From Wolbachia endosymbiont strain TRS of Brugia malayi (GTDB lineage: Bacteria > Pseudomonadota > Alphaproteobacteria > Rickettsiales > Anaplasmataceae): a stretch of 32,000 nt of DNA. How positions within the stretch are numbered: position 1 is the stretch's first letter; every line of letters starts with the position of its first letter. Both the position numbers and the translations under genes were made by a program. Below, one piece after another: positions 9,289 through 17,750 of the stretch. Below the pieces are notes generated by a model that was not told where the DNA came from, ran no database searches, and saw only the letters and a program-made list of their open reading frames with translations. The stretch is from positions 360,001 to 392,000 of the forward strand of contig NC_006833.1 in NCBI RefSeq assembly GCF_000008385.1. The letters run 5' to 3'.

Positions 9289-11319
9289 ATGAGTCATAGC
9301 GGGAATCATCTACGCAATATTTTAATAGGGGGTGTTGTGGCTTTTAGTATACTAGAATTTTGTTTCTATTTATCTGGTATACTGTTTTATCTATTTGTTG
9401 ATGGTCCAGATGGTTTAGACTTTAAGGCAATTCGCCCTGGATTGACGCCTTTTCCTCAAGCTCTTTGGCCAACAATTTTTGATCATATACAAAATTGTTG
9501 GCATCATCCAGAGTTATATAGTCTCGAGCTTAAGATCAAATTAATTATATCTTCTGCATTGCCTGTTGTTGTTTTAATGATTATTTTGTGGAATTTAAGA
9601 GAAAGAATAATCGAGTGGCGGCCGTTTAGAAAGAAAGAATCACTCCACGGAGACTCAAAATGGGCGTCAGAAAAAGAAATACGAAAGGCAGGATTAAGAA
9701 GTAAAAAGGGGCTATTGCTTGGTAAGGATAAAAGAGGCTACTTCATTGCTGATGGATATCAACACGCGTTGCTATTTGCGCCTACAGGTTCTGGTAAGGG
9801 TGTTGGTTTTGTAATTCCTAATTTATTATTTTGGACTGACTCAGTAATTGTACACGACATAAAATTAGAAAATTATGAAATAACAAGTGGTTGGCGAGAA
9901 CGACAAGGGCAAAAGGTATACGTATGGAACCCAGCGCAGCCAGATGGAATAAGCCACTGCTATAATCCATTAGAATGGATTAGCGAAAAACCTGGACAAA
10001 TGGTTGATGATGTGCAAAAAATAGCCAACTTGATTATGCCTGAACAAGACTTTTGGCAAAATGAAGCAAGAAGCTTATTTGTTGGAGTAGTATTATACCT
10101 ACTTGCTGCACCAGAAAAAGTTAAATCTTTTGGTGAAGTTGTGCGTACGATGCGTAGCGATGACGTAGTTTACAATCTTGCTGTTGTTTTGGACACAATG
10201 GGCAAAATAATACATCCTGTGGCATATATGAACATTGCTGCTTTTTTGCAGAAAGCTGACAAAGAAAGGTCAGGTGTCGTCTCAACCATGAACTCATCTC
10301 TTGAGCTATGGGCAAACCCATTGATTGATACTGCAACTGCATCAAGTGACTTTAATATTCTAGATTTTAAGAGGAAGAAAGTTACAGTTTATGTTGGGTT
10401 AACTCCAGACAACTTAAACAGGTTAAAACCTTTAATGCAAGTTTTTTACCAGCAAGCAACTGAGTTCTTGTGTAGAAAATTGCCGTCGGATGATGAGCCT
10501 TATGGCGTGTTGTTCTTAATGGATGAGTTTCCTACACTTGGAAAAATGGAGCAATTTCAAACAGGTATTGCATATTTTCGTGGCTATAGAGTTAGATTAT
10601 TCTTAATTGTTCAAGATACTGAGCAACTTAAAGGAATATACGAAGAAGCAGGAATGAACTCCTTTTTATCAAACTCAACTTATAGAATAACTTTTGCAGC
10701 TAATAACATTGAGACAGCTAACTTAATATCGCAACTTATAGGGAACAAAACTGTACAACAAGAATCATTGAACAAACCTAAATTTTTAGACTTGAATCCT
10801 GCATCAAGATCGTTGCATATCTCTGAAACGCAAAGAGCATTGTTGTTACCTCAAGAAATTATTATGTTGCCACGTGATGAACAGATAATTTTGATAGAAT
10901 CGACTTACCCAATTAAATCAAAGAAGATCTTATACTACAGTGATAACACTTTCACAAGAAAACTACTCAAGCAGACTTATGTACCTACACAGGAGCCATA
11001 TGACCCAAACAAAGTTTTTTCTGGTGCTAACAAAAGTAAGGTTGATAACAAAGAAAACGACGCTACTGAAGGGCCTAACGCTGCTGATTATCTTGTTGAG
11101 GCTCAAACTAAAGATGCAGTATACGATGAATCAGAGATCGATGATGAGCTTAAAGAAGAAGAGATCGATGATGAAGATGTTGACGGGTTTGATGATGAGG
11201 AAGATTATGGCAAACTTAAAGGCGACGGTAAACCTAAAGAAGAAAAATATGATGATGAATTCGATAACGAATTTGAAGATGAAGATGATGGTGATAAACC
11301 AAAAAGTAATGGAAAGTAA
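9289..11319 (+). CDS. virD4: Type IV coupling protein VirD4 with an acidic C-terminal tail
   Basis: 676-aa ORF. N-terminal TM helices, Walker A FAPTGSGKGVGFVIPN, Walker B LFLMDEFPTLG. The final 65 aa are rich in D/E. Confidence 0.95.
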   Translation: MSHSGNHLRNILIGGVVAFSILEFCFYLSGILFYLFVDGPDGLDFKAIRPGLTPFPQALWPTIFDHIQNCWHHPELYSLELKIKLIISSALPVVVLMIILWNLRERIIEWRPFRKKESLHGDSKWASEKEIRKAGLRSKKGLLLGKDKRGYFIADGYQHALLFAPTGSGKGVGFVIPNLLFWTDSVIVHDIKLENYEITSGWRERQGQKVYVWNPAQPDGISHCYNPLEWISEKPGQMVDDVQKIANLIMPEQDFWQNEARSLFVGVVLYLLAAPEKVKSFGEVVRTMRSDDVVYNLAVVLDTMGKIIHPVAYMNIAAFLQKADKERSGVVSTMNSSLELWANPLIDTATASSDFNILDFKRKKVTVYVGLTPDNLNRLKPLMQVFYQQATEFLCRKLPSDDEPYGVLFLMDEFPTLGKMEQFQTGIAYFRGYRVRLFLIVQDTEQLKGIYEEAGMNSFLSNSTYRITFAANNIETANLISQLIGNKTVQQESLNKPKFLDLNPASRSLHISETQRALLLPQEIIMLPRDEQIILIESTYPIKSKKILYYSDNTFTRKLLKQTYVPTQEPYDPNKVFSGANKSKVDNKENDATEGPNAADYLVEAQTKDAVYDESEIDDELKEEEIDDEDVDGFDDEEDYGKLKGDGKPKEEKYDDEFDNEFEDEDDGDKPKSNGK

Positions 11320-11437
11320 AGTCAATTTTGTCTTATTCTTTTAGCTTAGAAAACAGGTTATGTAAATCGTTAAGCTTTTCACATTAAGCCATTTTTAATT
11401 AATTAGTATTAAATTAGCTAATTTAAATTAGGGGAGT

Positions 11438-12283
11438 ATGATGAGCAATAAAAAAACATTAGCGGTTACAGCATTTACTTTACTGTTGTTACAACAGTCT
11501 TTTGCAAGTGAAACAGAAGGATTCTACTTTGGTGGTGGATACCATGGTCAATTTTTTAATAGCATGAGTGAACTACAAGCAAAAGGTGATAAGATATCTG
11601 TAAATGATGTGGGTAATTTGAGAACAAAAGGTCAGTTTTTAAGCAAATACCAGCGAAGTTATAACCCTCTTTTTGCTGCAAACATGGCATTTGGTTATGA
11701 AAGAAAATTAGGGAACAACAGCTATAGAACTGAATTAGAAGGAATGTATTCTTCTATAAAAGTGGATAATATTGGCTTAGAAGGCAACAGAATAAGTATA
11801 TCACACTTAAAAGATATTGGTGAAGGCAATAACAAAAAAACTTATGGGTACGGTATTCAAGTCAATAATGACAAAGTTGAGAATGCATCTGTAATGGCTA
11901 ATGCTTATTACTATTGGAAAAATGATGGTCTCTCTTTTTCACCTTATGTTGGAGCTGGGGTTGGTGCAACAAGGATGAAGATGTTTGAAACAACATCAAT
12001 AAGGCCTGCATACCAAGTGAAAGCTGGCTTAGGTTACAGCATAAATGAAAGTGTAAATATGCACATCGGGTATAGACATTTTGGCGTTATTGGCAGTAAT
12101 TTTGACCTTACAACACAAGTATTGAACCAATTAAACAACGATGGTAGCCGTGTAAGCCAGGTATTCAATAAGAATCACCCAGCATCAGATAATCAGACAG
12201 GTAGCATAAATATAGGTAGTACATTATTTGCCACACACGGTATAGAAGCTGGTCTTACTTTTCATTTTGCTAGCAAGGTTTAA
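11438..12283 (+). CDS. wspB: WSP-family (Surface_Ag_2-like) outer-membrane beta-barrel protein
   Basis: 281-aa ORF with signal peptide MMSNKKTLAVTAFTLLLLQQSFA, alternating beta-strand pattern and an aromatic C-terminal region (GIEAGLTFHF). It lies directly downstream of virD4, as known for Wolbachia wspB. AGGGGAG Shine-Dalgarno precedes the start. Confidence 0.7.
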   Translation: MMSNKKTLAVTAFTLLLLQQSFASETEGFYFGGGYHGQFFNSMSELQAKGDKISVNDVGNLRTKGQFLSKYQRSYNPLFAANMAFGYERKLGNNSYRTELEGMYSSIKVDNIGLEGNRISISHLKDIGEGNNKKTYGYGIQVNNDKVENASVMANAYYYWKNDGLSFSPYVGAGVGATRMKMFETTSIRPAYQVKAGLGYSINESVNMHIGYRHFGVIGSNFDLTTQVLNQLNNDGSRVSQVFNKNHPASDNQTGSINIGSTLFATHGIEAGLTFHFASKV

Positions 12284-12329
12284 ACATGTTGTTCTTCTAG
12301 AGAAGATGATAGCTTTTCTTGGTGTTATT

Positions 12330-12445
12330 TCCAGTCCCCTCTTCTTGTTATCCAAATAACCGACCTGGAATCTAGAAAAAAGGAAATATGAATGCCAGTG
12401 TCAAACACTGGCACAGCAAAGTAAGGGATGACAGTACAGGGTGAC
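12330..12445. repeat. Palindrome-containing short repeat element (WPE-like) between convergent wspB and prmC
   Basis: Perfect 8-bp stem GCCAGTGT/ACACTGGC with a 3-nt loop at 12394-12412, flanked on the reverse strand by TGTCACCC and TGTCATCC blocks. The same block structure recurs at 22690-22760 in opposite orientation. A 12-nt core CAGTGTCAAACA recurs at 13467-13478. Confidence 0.55.
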
Positions 12446-12469
12446 AGAGATAATACAAGAAAACATTAG

Positions 12470-13309
12470 CTATGTTCTTTTTATAACAATGCACCTTTTC
12501 ATTCCTGCTAAATCATACATGTATTCCTGAAAAGCTAGCTCATAAGAGGGAACTATTTTGTCAATATCATTTTGATCTTCACCTATTTCCAGTATTGCAA
12601 ACCCATTTTTCTTAAGGCACCTTTTCAATATTGGAAAAATACTCAAGTAACAGCTTAAGCCGTCAATTCCACCATCAAGAGCAATTTTTGGCTCTTTTTG
12701 CACTTCAGCTTGCAGGTCTTTTAATTTGTCTCTTCTAATATATGGAGGATTGCTGATTATAAGATCGAATAAGCCTTTGCACTCTGTCCAAGAACTTGGG
12801 AACATTTTAGCTCTGCCAAGCAGATTATGTTTTTCCATGTTCTGACAGGCAACTTTATATGCTTTTAAGCTTTTTTCAAAACCGACACCAACAGCATGTT
12901 CATATTCACTAAGTACGGATATCAATAAACAACCTGTGCCTGTACCAAAATCTGCAATTTCCATTTCCTGCTTCTTGTTTGGATAATATTTTAACGCTGC
13001 TGAGACTAGTATTTCACTATCTGCTCTTGGGTCCAAAACGTGCCGATTGACTATAAAATTCTTACTCCAGAATTCACGGTTGCCTATTATTTGCGATATT
13101 GGGTACCTTTCTGCTCTTTTTTTCGTCAATTTCCAAAATAGCTGTTCTTTTTTTATCGATACTTGATCAGCGTAGTTCATAATTATGAACGATCTTTCTA
13201 CGTCAAGAACATGCTGCATAATAATTTCGCAGTCCAAATACGGTGATTCAACTTTATGAGATGATAATAGCTTTGATCCCTCTTGAATTAGAGTACCGAT
13301 TGTTTTCAT
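12470..13309 (-). CDS. prmC: Release-factor glutamine N5-methyltransferase PrmC (HemK)
   Basis: SAM-binding DFGTGTGC and catalytic NPPY (IISNPPYI). The ORF track extends to 13405, but the 279-aa version starting at MKTIGTLIQEG (13309) matches the E. coli PrmC length (277 aa). The extra 32 codons look non-coding. Confidence 0.85.
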   Translation of the reverse strand: MKTIGTLIQEGSKLLSSHKVESPYLDCEIIMQHVLDVERSFIIMNYADQVSIKKEQLFWKLTKKRAERYPISQIIGNREFWSKNFIVNRHVLDPRADSEILVSAALKYYPNKKQEMEIADFGTGTGCLLISVLSEYEHAVGVGFEKSLKAYKVACQNMEKHNLLGRAKMFPSSWTECKGLFDLIISNPPYIRRDKLKDLQAEVQKEPKIALDGGIDGLSCYLSIFPILKRCLKKNGFAILEIGEDQNDIDKIVPSYELAFQEYMYDLAGMKRCIVIKRT

Positions 13310-13419
13310 TATTTCAAAATTTTGCCTTTTAATCGTATGGTTGTAGTTTGAGTCTACTGAAGAAAAGCATTGCTTTTCTCTCTTGTCACCACCAGTATAG
13401 CGCATACAATGTGATGATA

Positions 13420-14613
13420 CCCTATGAGAAATATAAAACCTAGGTTAGAGTAACTGCATCAGATCTCAGTGTCAAACAGGTTACAATCTAGTCACTTCAG
13501 TTTTACCATTAATGTGCGAAGTTTCTTCCAGCTCTGTTAAAGGATTTTCCATTTTTCCCAGCTAAGTGTCTAATTTGTTCTGTATGTTCGACAAGCAAAT
13601 CAAAGCCAAGTCACAATTTTATCAAATTGTTTTGCTTCAGCACATTATACGGCTAATTCCTCGAATTCTTCTATACCACATGAGCTTCTTATTTCTTGCT
13701 GCATGCTTTTGAATATCTCTCTTATTTAGGTTAAATTGTAACAAATCTTCTCCTGATATCCAGCAATTCTCTTTTGATATATATCAATCATTTTTTGGCA
13801 TGAGTTACCCCTAAGTGAATGCTCCTTTTTCTCCTGTATACAAAAACTTTGAAAATCTTTGCAGTTAAGTATTGCCTCTCTATTTTTTTATGTCATTAAT
13901 TATGCTGACTATTGACCCACCTGTTTCCCTTAGGTTTTTTTCCGTTCTCTTCCTTCAAGTGCATACTTGGGTTTACTTTTTGCCTGGGATGCTATTTATA
14001 TAATGCTTCTATCTCTACGTCTCTATTATAAACATTTCTTCACTCATCATTTGATAGTATTGCTATAGCATCTTCTCTTTTACCATGCGATTTAGGTACT
14101 TTTTTTGAACGAACTAACATGACTTAGTAAAAAGTCCTTTATGAGCTCTTCTTTTTTTACTTTAGATAATTTCTCTAGGGCAAACTGGTATTTTAAAAAT
14201 TCCAAATGCTAGATACTTTTTTGCTTTAGTTATAAACTCTTAAGAAATTTACCAAGCGGGAAAAAAGGCAAGAAAAACTCATTAGCTAGTTATTCACTAT
14301 CTATTTTATAATGTTGGAATTTTTAAGTTTAAGTCCCCAGTAGGTGCAATTTACAGCATTAGCTAACAATGTAGACAACAATGTAAAAGACATAAGGCAC
14401 ACATAGTGCAAAAAGTTAAACATGAGATGCTAAATACATTAAGTTTTTTTGTCATTTTATCTGCATAGACTGAAGATAAATAAGTATCTTCAATACTATG
14501 GTAAGGAGGCTGACGAAGTTTGCCAAGTAAATTTCTTATACTTTGTTCCTATATTAAAACTTTAACTTCTAACTTATTATTAGTAATATTATTTATACAA
14601 ATAACTATGATTT
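13420..14613 (-). pseudogene. ORF-free decayed region with protein-like fragments of unknown identity on the minus strand
   Basis: No ORF of 60 aa or more on any frame over ~1.2 kb. Minus-strand fragments read MIDIYQKRIAGYQEKI..., IREIFKSMQQEIRSS..GIEEFEELAV, FDLLVEHTEQIRHLAGKNGKSFNRAGRNFAH*, separated by stops and frame changes. Identity not recognised. Confidence 0.35.
14215..14455 (-). repeat. Diverged inverted copy of the repeat found at 27985-28215
   Basis: The reverse complement of 27985-28050 aligns by eye with 14385-14455; within it, the 40-bp core matches 32/40 at 14408-14447. The reverse complement of 28150-28215 aligns with 14221-14280 (CTTTAGTTATAAAC..TTAAGAAATTTACCAAGCGGGAAAAAAGGCAAGAAAA vs CTTTAGTCATAAATG..TTAGAAATTTACTAGGCAAAAAAAAGGCAAAAGA). 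Confidence 0.6.
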
Positions 14614-16602
14614 ATGCCTGAGCTTGGGAATATATTACTACTGTTGTCCTGCTTATTGTCCTTAACATATCTATTTCTACCGTTCAATTCTTACCGATTC
14701 ATTACCACTGCCATATTCTTCTGTATATCAGTATCAATGGCTATTTTGATCTACTGCCACATTATAAACGATTTCTCACTCGAAAACGTATATTACCACT
14801 CTCATACGACAAAACCTTTGATCTATAAAATCTGTGGCGTTTGGGGAAATAAAGAAGGGTCTATGTTGCTTTGGACCTTAGTGCTTACTTTTTACCTATT
14901 TCTAATGGATATTTTTATTGGTGATAACAGTGAATTAAAGAAAGTATCCTTGATCACTCAAGGCTTAATCTGCTTTTGTTTTTCGCTGTTTACTTTACTT
15001 AAGTCCGATCCTTTTACTAAAATGCCAAGCATAGAAACAGATGGCCTTGGTTTTCATCCGATATTGCAGGACATAGGCCTTGCCATTCATCCACCAATAT
15101 TATATTTGGGGTACCTTGGATTTAGCGTTCCCTTTTCGCTCTCTATAGCTGGGTTAATTATAAACATCGAAGGAGACATTTGGGCTAAAATTGTCAGGCC
15201 ATGGGTACTTGTTTCTTGGTCGCTACTTACCTTGGGTATTAGCCTTGGCAGTTGGTGGGCATACCGCGAACTTGGGTGGGGTGGATTTTGGTTTTGGGAT
15301 CCAGTAGAAAACGTTTCTTTAATGCCATGGTTAATTGCAGTAGCACTGACGCATCTGTTACTCGTGGTACGAAATTTCAATATTTTAAGGAACTTTGCCA
15401 TTTTGCTTACGCTCACAACTTTCATATTGAGTGTAACTGGAACATTTTTAGTCCGCTCTGGAATACTTTCTTCAGTTCACACGTTTGCAGATGATCCAGG
15501 ATATGGGCTGTATATACTGGCTTTACTTGGTGTAATTACAGCCAGTAGCTTAGCAATATTTGTGGCATTTACGAAAAAGAGTGGATCTCTTATTACATTA
15601 CCATCTATCATCCAATTAGCTGATATTGGGATCCAGGGAAAAAGTATGCAGTCACATGCTGGCATGACACCAAAGAATACACCAAAGCAAAACTTTCCTA
15701 TTTTGTCCCGCTTTACAATGATACTGATGAACAATTTATTATTAATTACTGCCTTTTTCATCGTGTTTATTGGCACTTTATACCCTACAATGCTTAAATA
15801 TTTAACCGGTGAACTCATTTCAGTTGGAGCACCGTACTACAATTCCTTATTTAATCCTATTGCACTGGCTACTCTAGTGCTTACCATGGTAGGACAATAC
15901 TGCCGTTGGCAGGGGAATAGCTTGTTACCAATATTCCATGAATATAGACTCTCATTCTGTAGTGCTGCAGCCATCTTACCGTTTATCTTTCATATGGAGC
16001 TAATGATTGTGCTATCAATTACAATCTCCATGGCACTATTAGCCTTTGTTTTAGAAGCATATAGCAAAAGAATTCGTTTATTTAAAGTGGCATTTAGTGA
16101 ATCAATTTCATTAGTAAGAGGAGTTTCCAAGTCTTACTATGCTATGATGTTAGCTCATGCTGGGGTAGCAATTCTAGTACTTGGTATAGCCTATTCAGTC
16201 GGTTGGCAAGAAAAAAAAGAAAATTACCTAAAAATAGGAGATAGCATAACAGTCAACAAATTCAAAGTTACTTTACGAAATACTGAATTTATAAAAAAGA
16301 AGAATTTCCATGCAGTGAGAGGCACAATGGATATTAGAAATTTGTTGAACAACAAGATACTAGGTGAAGTAACCCCTGAATATAGATTTTATCTTGTGGA
16401 GGGTCAGAAAAATATTGAAAGCAGTATTTACCACAATTTATTTTCTGATATTTATATTGTAATTGGCGAGATTGATAAAAATAAAAACAAGATCGCCACT
16501 AAAGTACACTACAAACCTGGAATGCCTATAATCTGGTTTGGATCCTGCCTTATCGCTTTTGGTTCGCTCCTTGTTGCTTTGCCCTTATTGAGAAGATTTT
16601 GA
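14614..16602 (+). CDS. ccmF: Cytochrome c-type biogenesis protein CcmF (heme lyase subunit)
   Basis: 662-aa polytopic membrane protein with the Trp-rich WWD motif (WGGFWFWDPVENVSLMPWL) and conserved His positions typical of CcmF. Confidence 0.92.
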   Translation: MPELGNILLLLSCLLSLTYLFLPFNSYRFITTAIFFCISVSMAILIYCHIINDFSLENVYYHSHTTKPLIYKICGVWGNKEGSMLLWTLVLTFYLFLMDIFIGDNSELKKVSLITQGLICFCFSLFTLLKSDPFTKMPSIETDGLGFHPILQDIGLAIHPPILYLGYLGFSVPFSLSIAGLIINIEGDIWAKIVRPWVLVSWSLLTLGISLGSWWAYRELGWGGFWFWDPVENVSLMPWLIAVALTHLLLVVRNFNILRNFAILLTLTTFILSVTGTFLVRSGILSSVHTFADDPGYGLYILALLGVITASSLAIFVAFTKKSGSLITLPSIIQLADIGIQGKSMQSHAGMTPKNTPKQNFPILSRFTMILMNNLLLITAFFIVFIGTLYPTMLKYLTGELISVGAPYYNSLFNPIALATLVLTMVGQYCRWQGNSLLPIFHEYRLSFCSAAAILPFIFHMELMIVLSITISMALLAFVLEAYSKRIRLFKVAFSESISLVRGVSKSYYAMMLAHAGVAILVLGIAYSVGWQEKKENYLKIGDSITVNKFKVTLRNTEFIKKKNFHAVRGTMDIRNLLNNKILGEVTPEYRFYLVEGQKNIESSIYHNLFSDIYIVIGEIDKNKNKIATKVHYKPGMPIIWFGSCLIAFGSLLVALPLLRRF

Positions 16603-16710
16603 TGGGGCTCCTTTATACTACCACAAAAAGCACTTGACAAACCTCGTTAGCCCCCTTATCCTGATACTGAAGGTATTAAGTTACCTCCAATCTGTGCAGA
16701 TTAAAATAAT

Positions 16711-16750
16711 AAAGTATTATATAGTTAGCATCTTATGTTTAATTTTTTGC
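16711..16750 (+). repeat. 40-bp exact repeat (copy 1), 5' of the ankyrin pseudogene
   Basis: AAAGTATTATATAGTTAGCATCTTATGTTTAATTTTTTGC is 40/40 identical to 27985-28024 (checked base by base). Confidence 0.9.
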
Positions 16751-16767
16751 CATGTAAATGCTGTTGA

Positions 16768-17407
16768 TTTTCTGGGATTACCATAATTACGGACCGAGGA
16801 GTAAGTGTTGATAGTGCTAGTACAGATGGTCATACACCGCTACACTACGCTTACCATTATAGCGAGTTGGAGGTTGTAAAATTTCTTGTAACAAAATATT
16901 TATGCTGAATGCAATGGGTTTAAGGCTTTAAATCTTGCTGCTATGCATGTTCACAAGAATGTTGTAGAGTTTTTCCTCAACCAAGAACTGAATATTAGTG
17001 ACCCTGATAAAGATGGTTGGACATCATTGCATTACGCTGTTCAAAGAGGATGCTTAGAAGTTGTGAAATTTCTTGCCAGAAAGGGAAAAAGCATTAACGT
17101 TGAAAATGCTTATGGAAGTAAGCCAGTGCATAGGGCCGCTTCCGGTGGGCACAAAAACGTTGTAGAATTTTTCTTAATCAAGGAATAAGCATTAATGATA
17201 CTGGAGAAATAGGTAATACACTATTACGTTTTGCTGCTCAAGAAGATTATCCAGAAAGTTATGAAGTTTCTTCTAGGTAGAGGTGCTAATGCTAGTATAA
17301 AAAACGATTGTGGTGAAAAGCCAATTGATACTGCCAGGAGGAAAGGTCATTCAAATGTTATGGAATTGCTTACTTGGAACTGTGTCCATACTATCAACAT
17401 ACTCTAA
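16768..17407 (+). pseudogene. Ankyrin-repeat gene, 5'-truncated with at least three frameshifts
   Basis: ANK units are readable in three different frames: GVSVDSASTDGHTPLHYAYHYSELEVVKFLV, then GFKALNLAAMHVHKNVVEFFL...DGWTSLHYAVQRGCLEVVKFLARKG...GSKPVHRAASGGHKNVVEFFL, then GISINDTGEIGNTLLRFAAQED, then VMKFLLGRGANASIKNDCGEKPIDTARRKGHSNVMELL. Only an 81-aa ORF (16943-17188) remains. Confidence 0.8.
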
Positions 17408-17750
17408 GAAAAAGGGCAAGAAAAGTTTTTACGTAGAATTTTTAATGCAGATGTAAAATAAAGTCTTTATTTACCTTCTCTTGAAGCAAGGAATATTAAA
17501 ATTAACGTAAGTGTACTGCAATTACTCGTGGCTACCCCCAGGCTTTTATCACAGAGTGACAAGCCATTTTTAAGCAACTTAGAGGCTTCAGCTAAGATTT
17601 ATGGAGCGTATAAGCACGGGGTAAGCAAGTATCTAAAAGAGAAGAAAGAGAAGTTTTTTCCTTTAGCAAGTTACTCAATAACTTTGAAAGACAGCTAGAT
17701 CCTGCTACGAATAATCTACCTTCAAGCTTAATTCTGATGAAGATATAAGG

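Noticed and set aside
10940-11344. 134-aa (+) and 64-aa (-) ORFs overlapping the virD4 3' end
   Set aside because: They are alternative-frame readings of the GAT/GAA/AAA-rich acidic-tail codons and give Met/Lys- or Ile/Phe-rich low-complexity products.
12292-12306. Palindrome TCTTCTAGAGAAGA just after the wspB stop as a terminator
   Set aside because: It has a 6-bp stem with only a 2-nt loop and no T-run. This is sterically poor for a hairpin and probably incidental.
13640-13680. AGCCGTAT on the minus strand resembling the 5' half of a group II intron domain V
   Set aside because: There is no complementary ACGG(T/C)T half downstream, no GTGCG 5' end and no RT/maturase ORF. This is a chance 8-mer.
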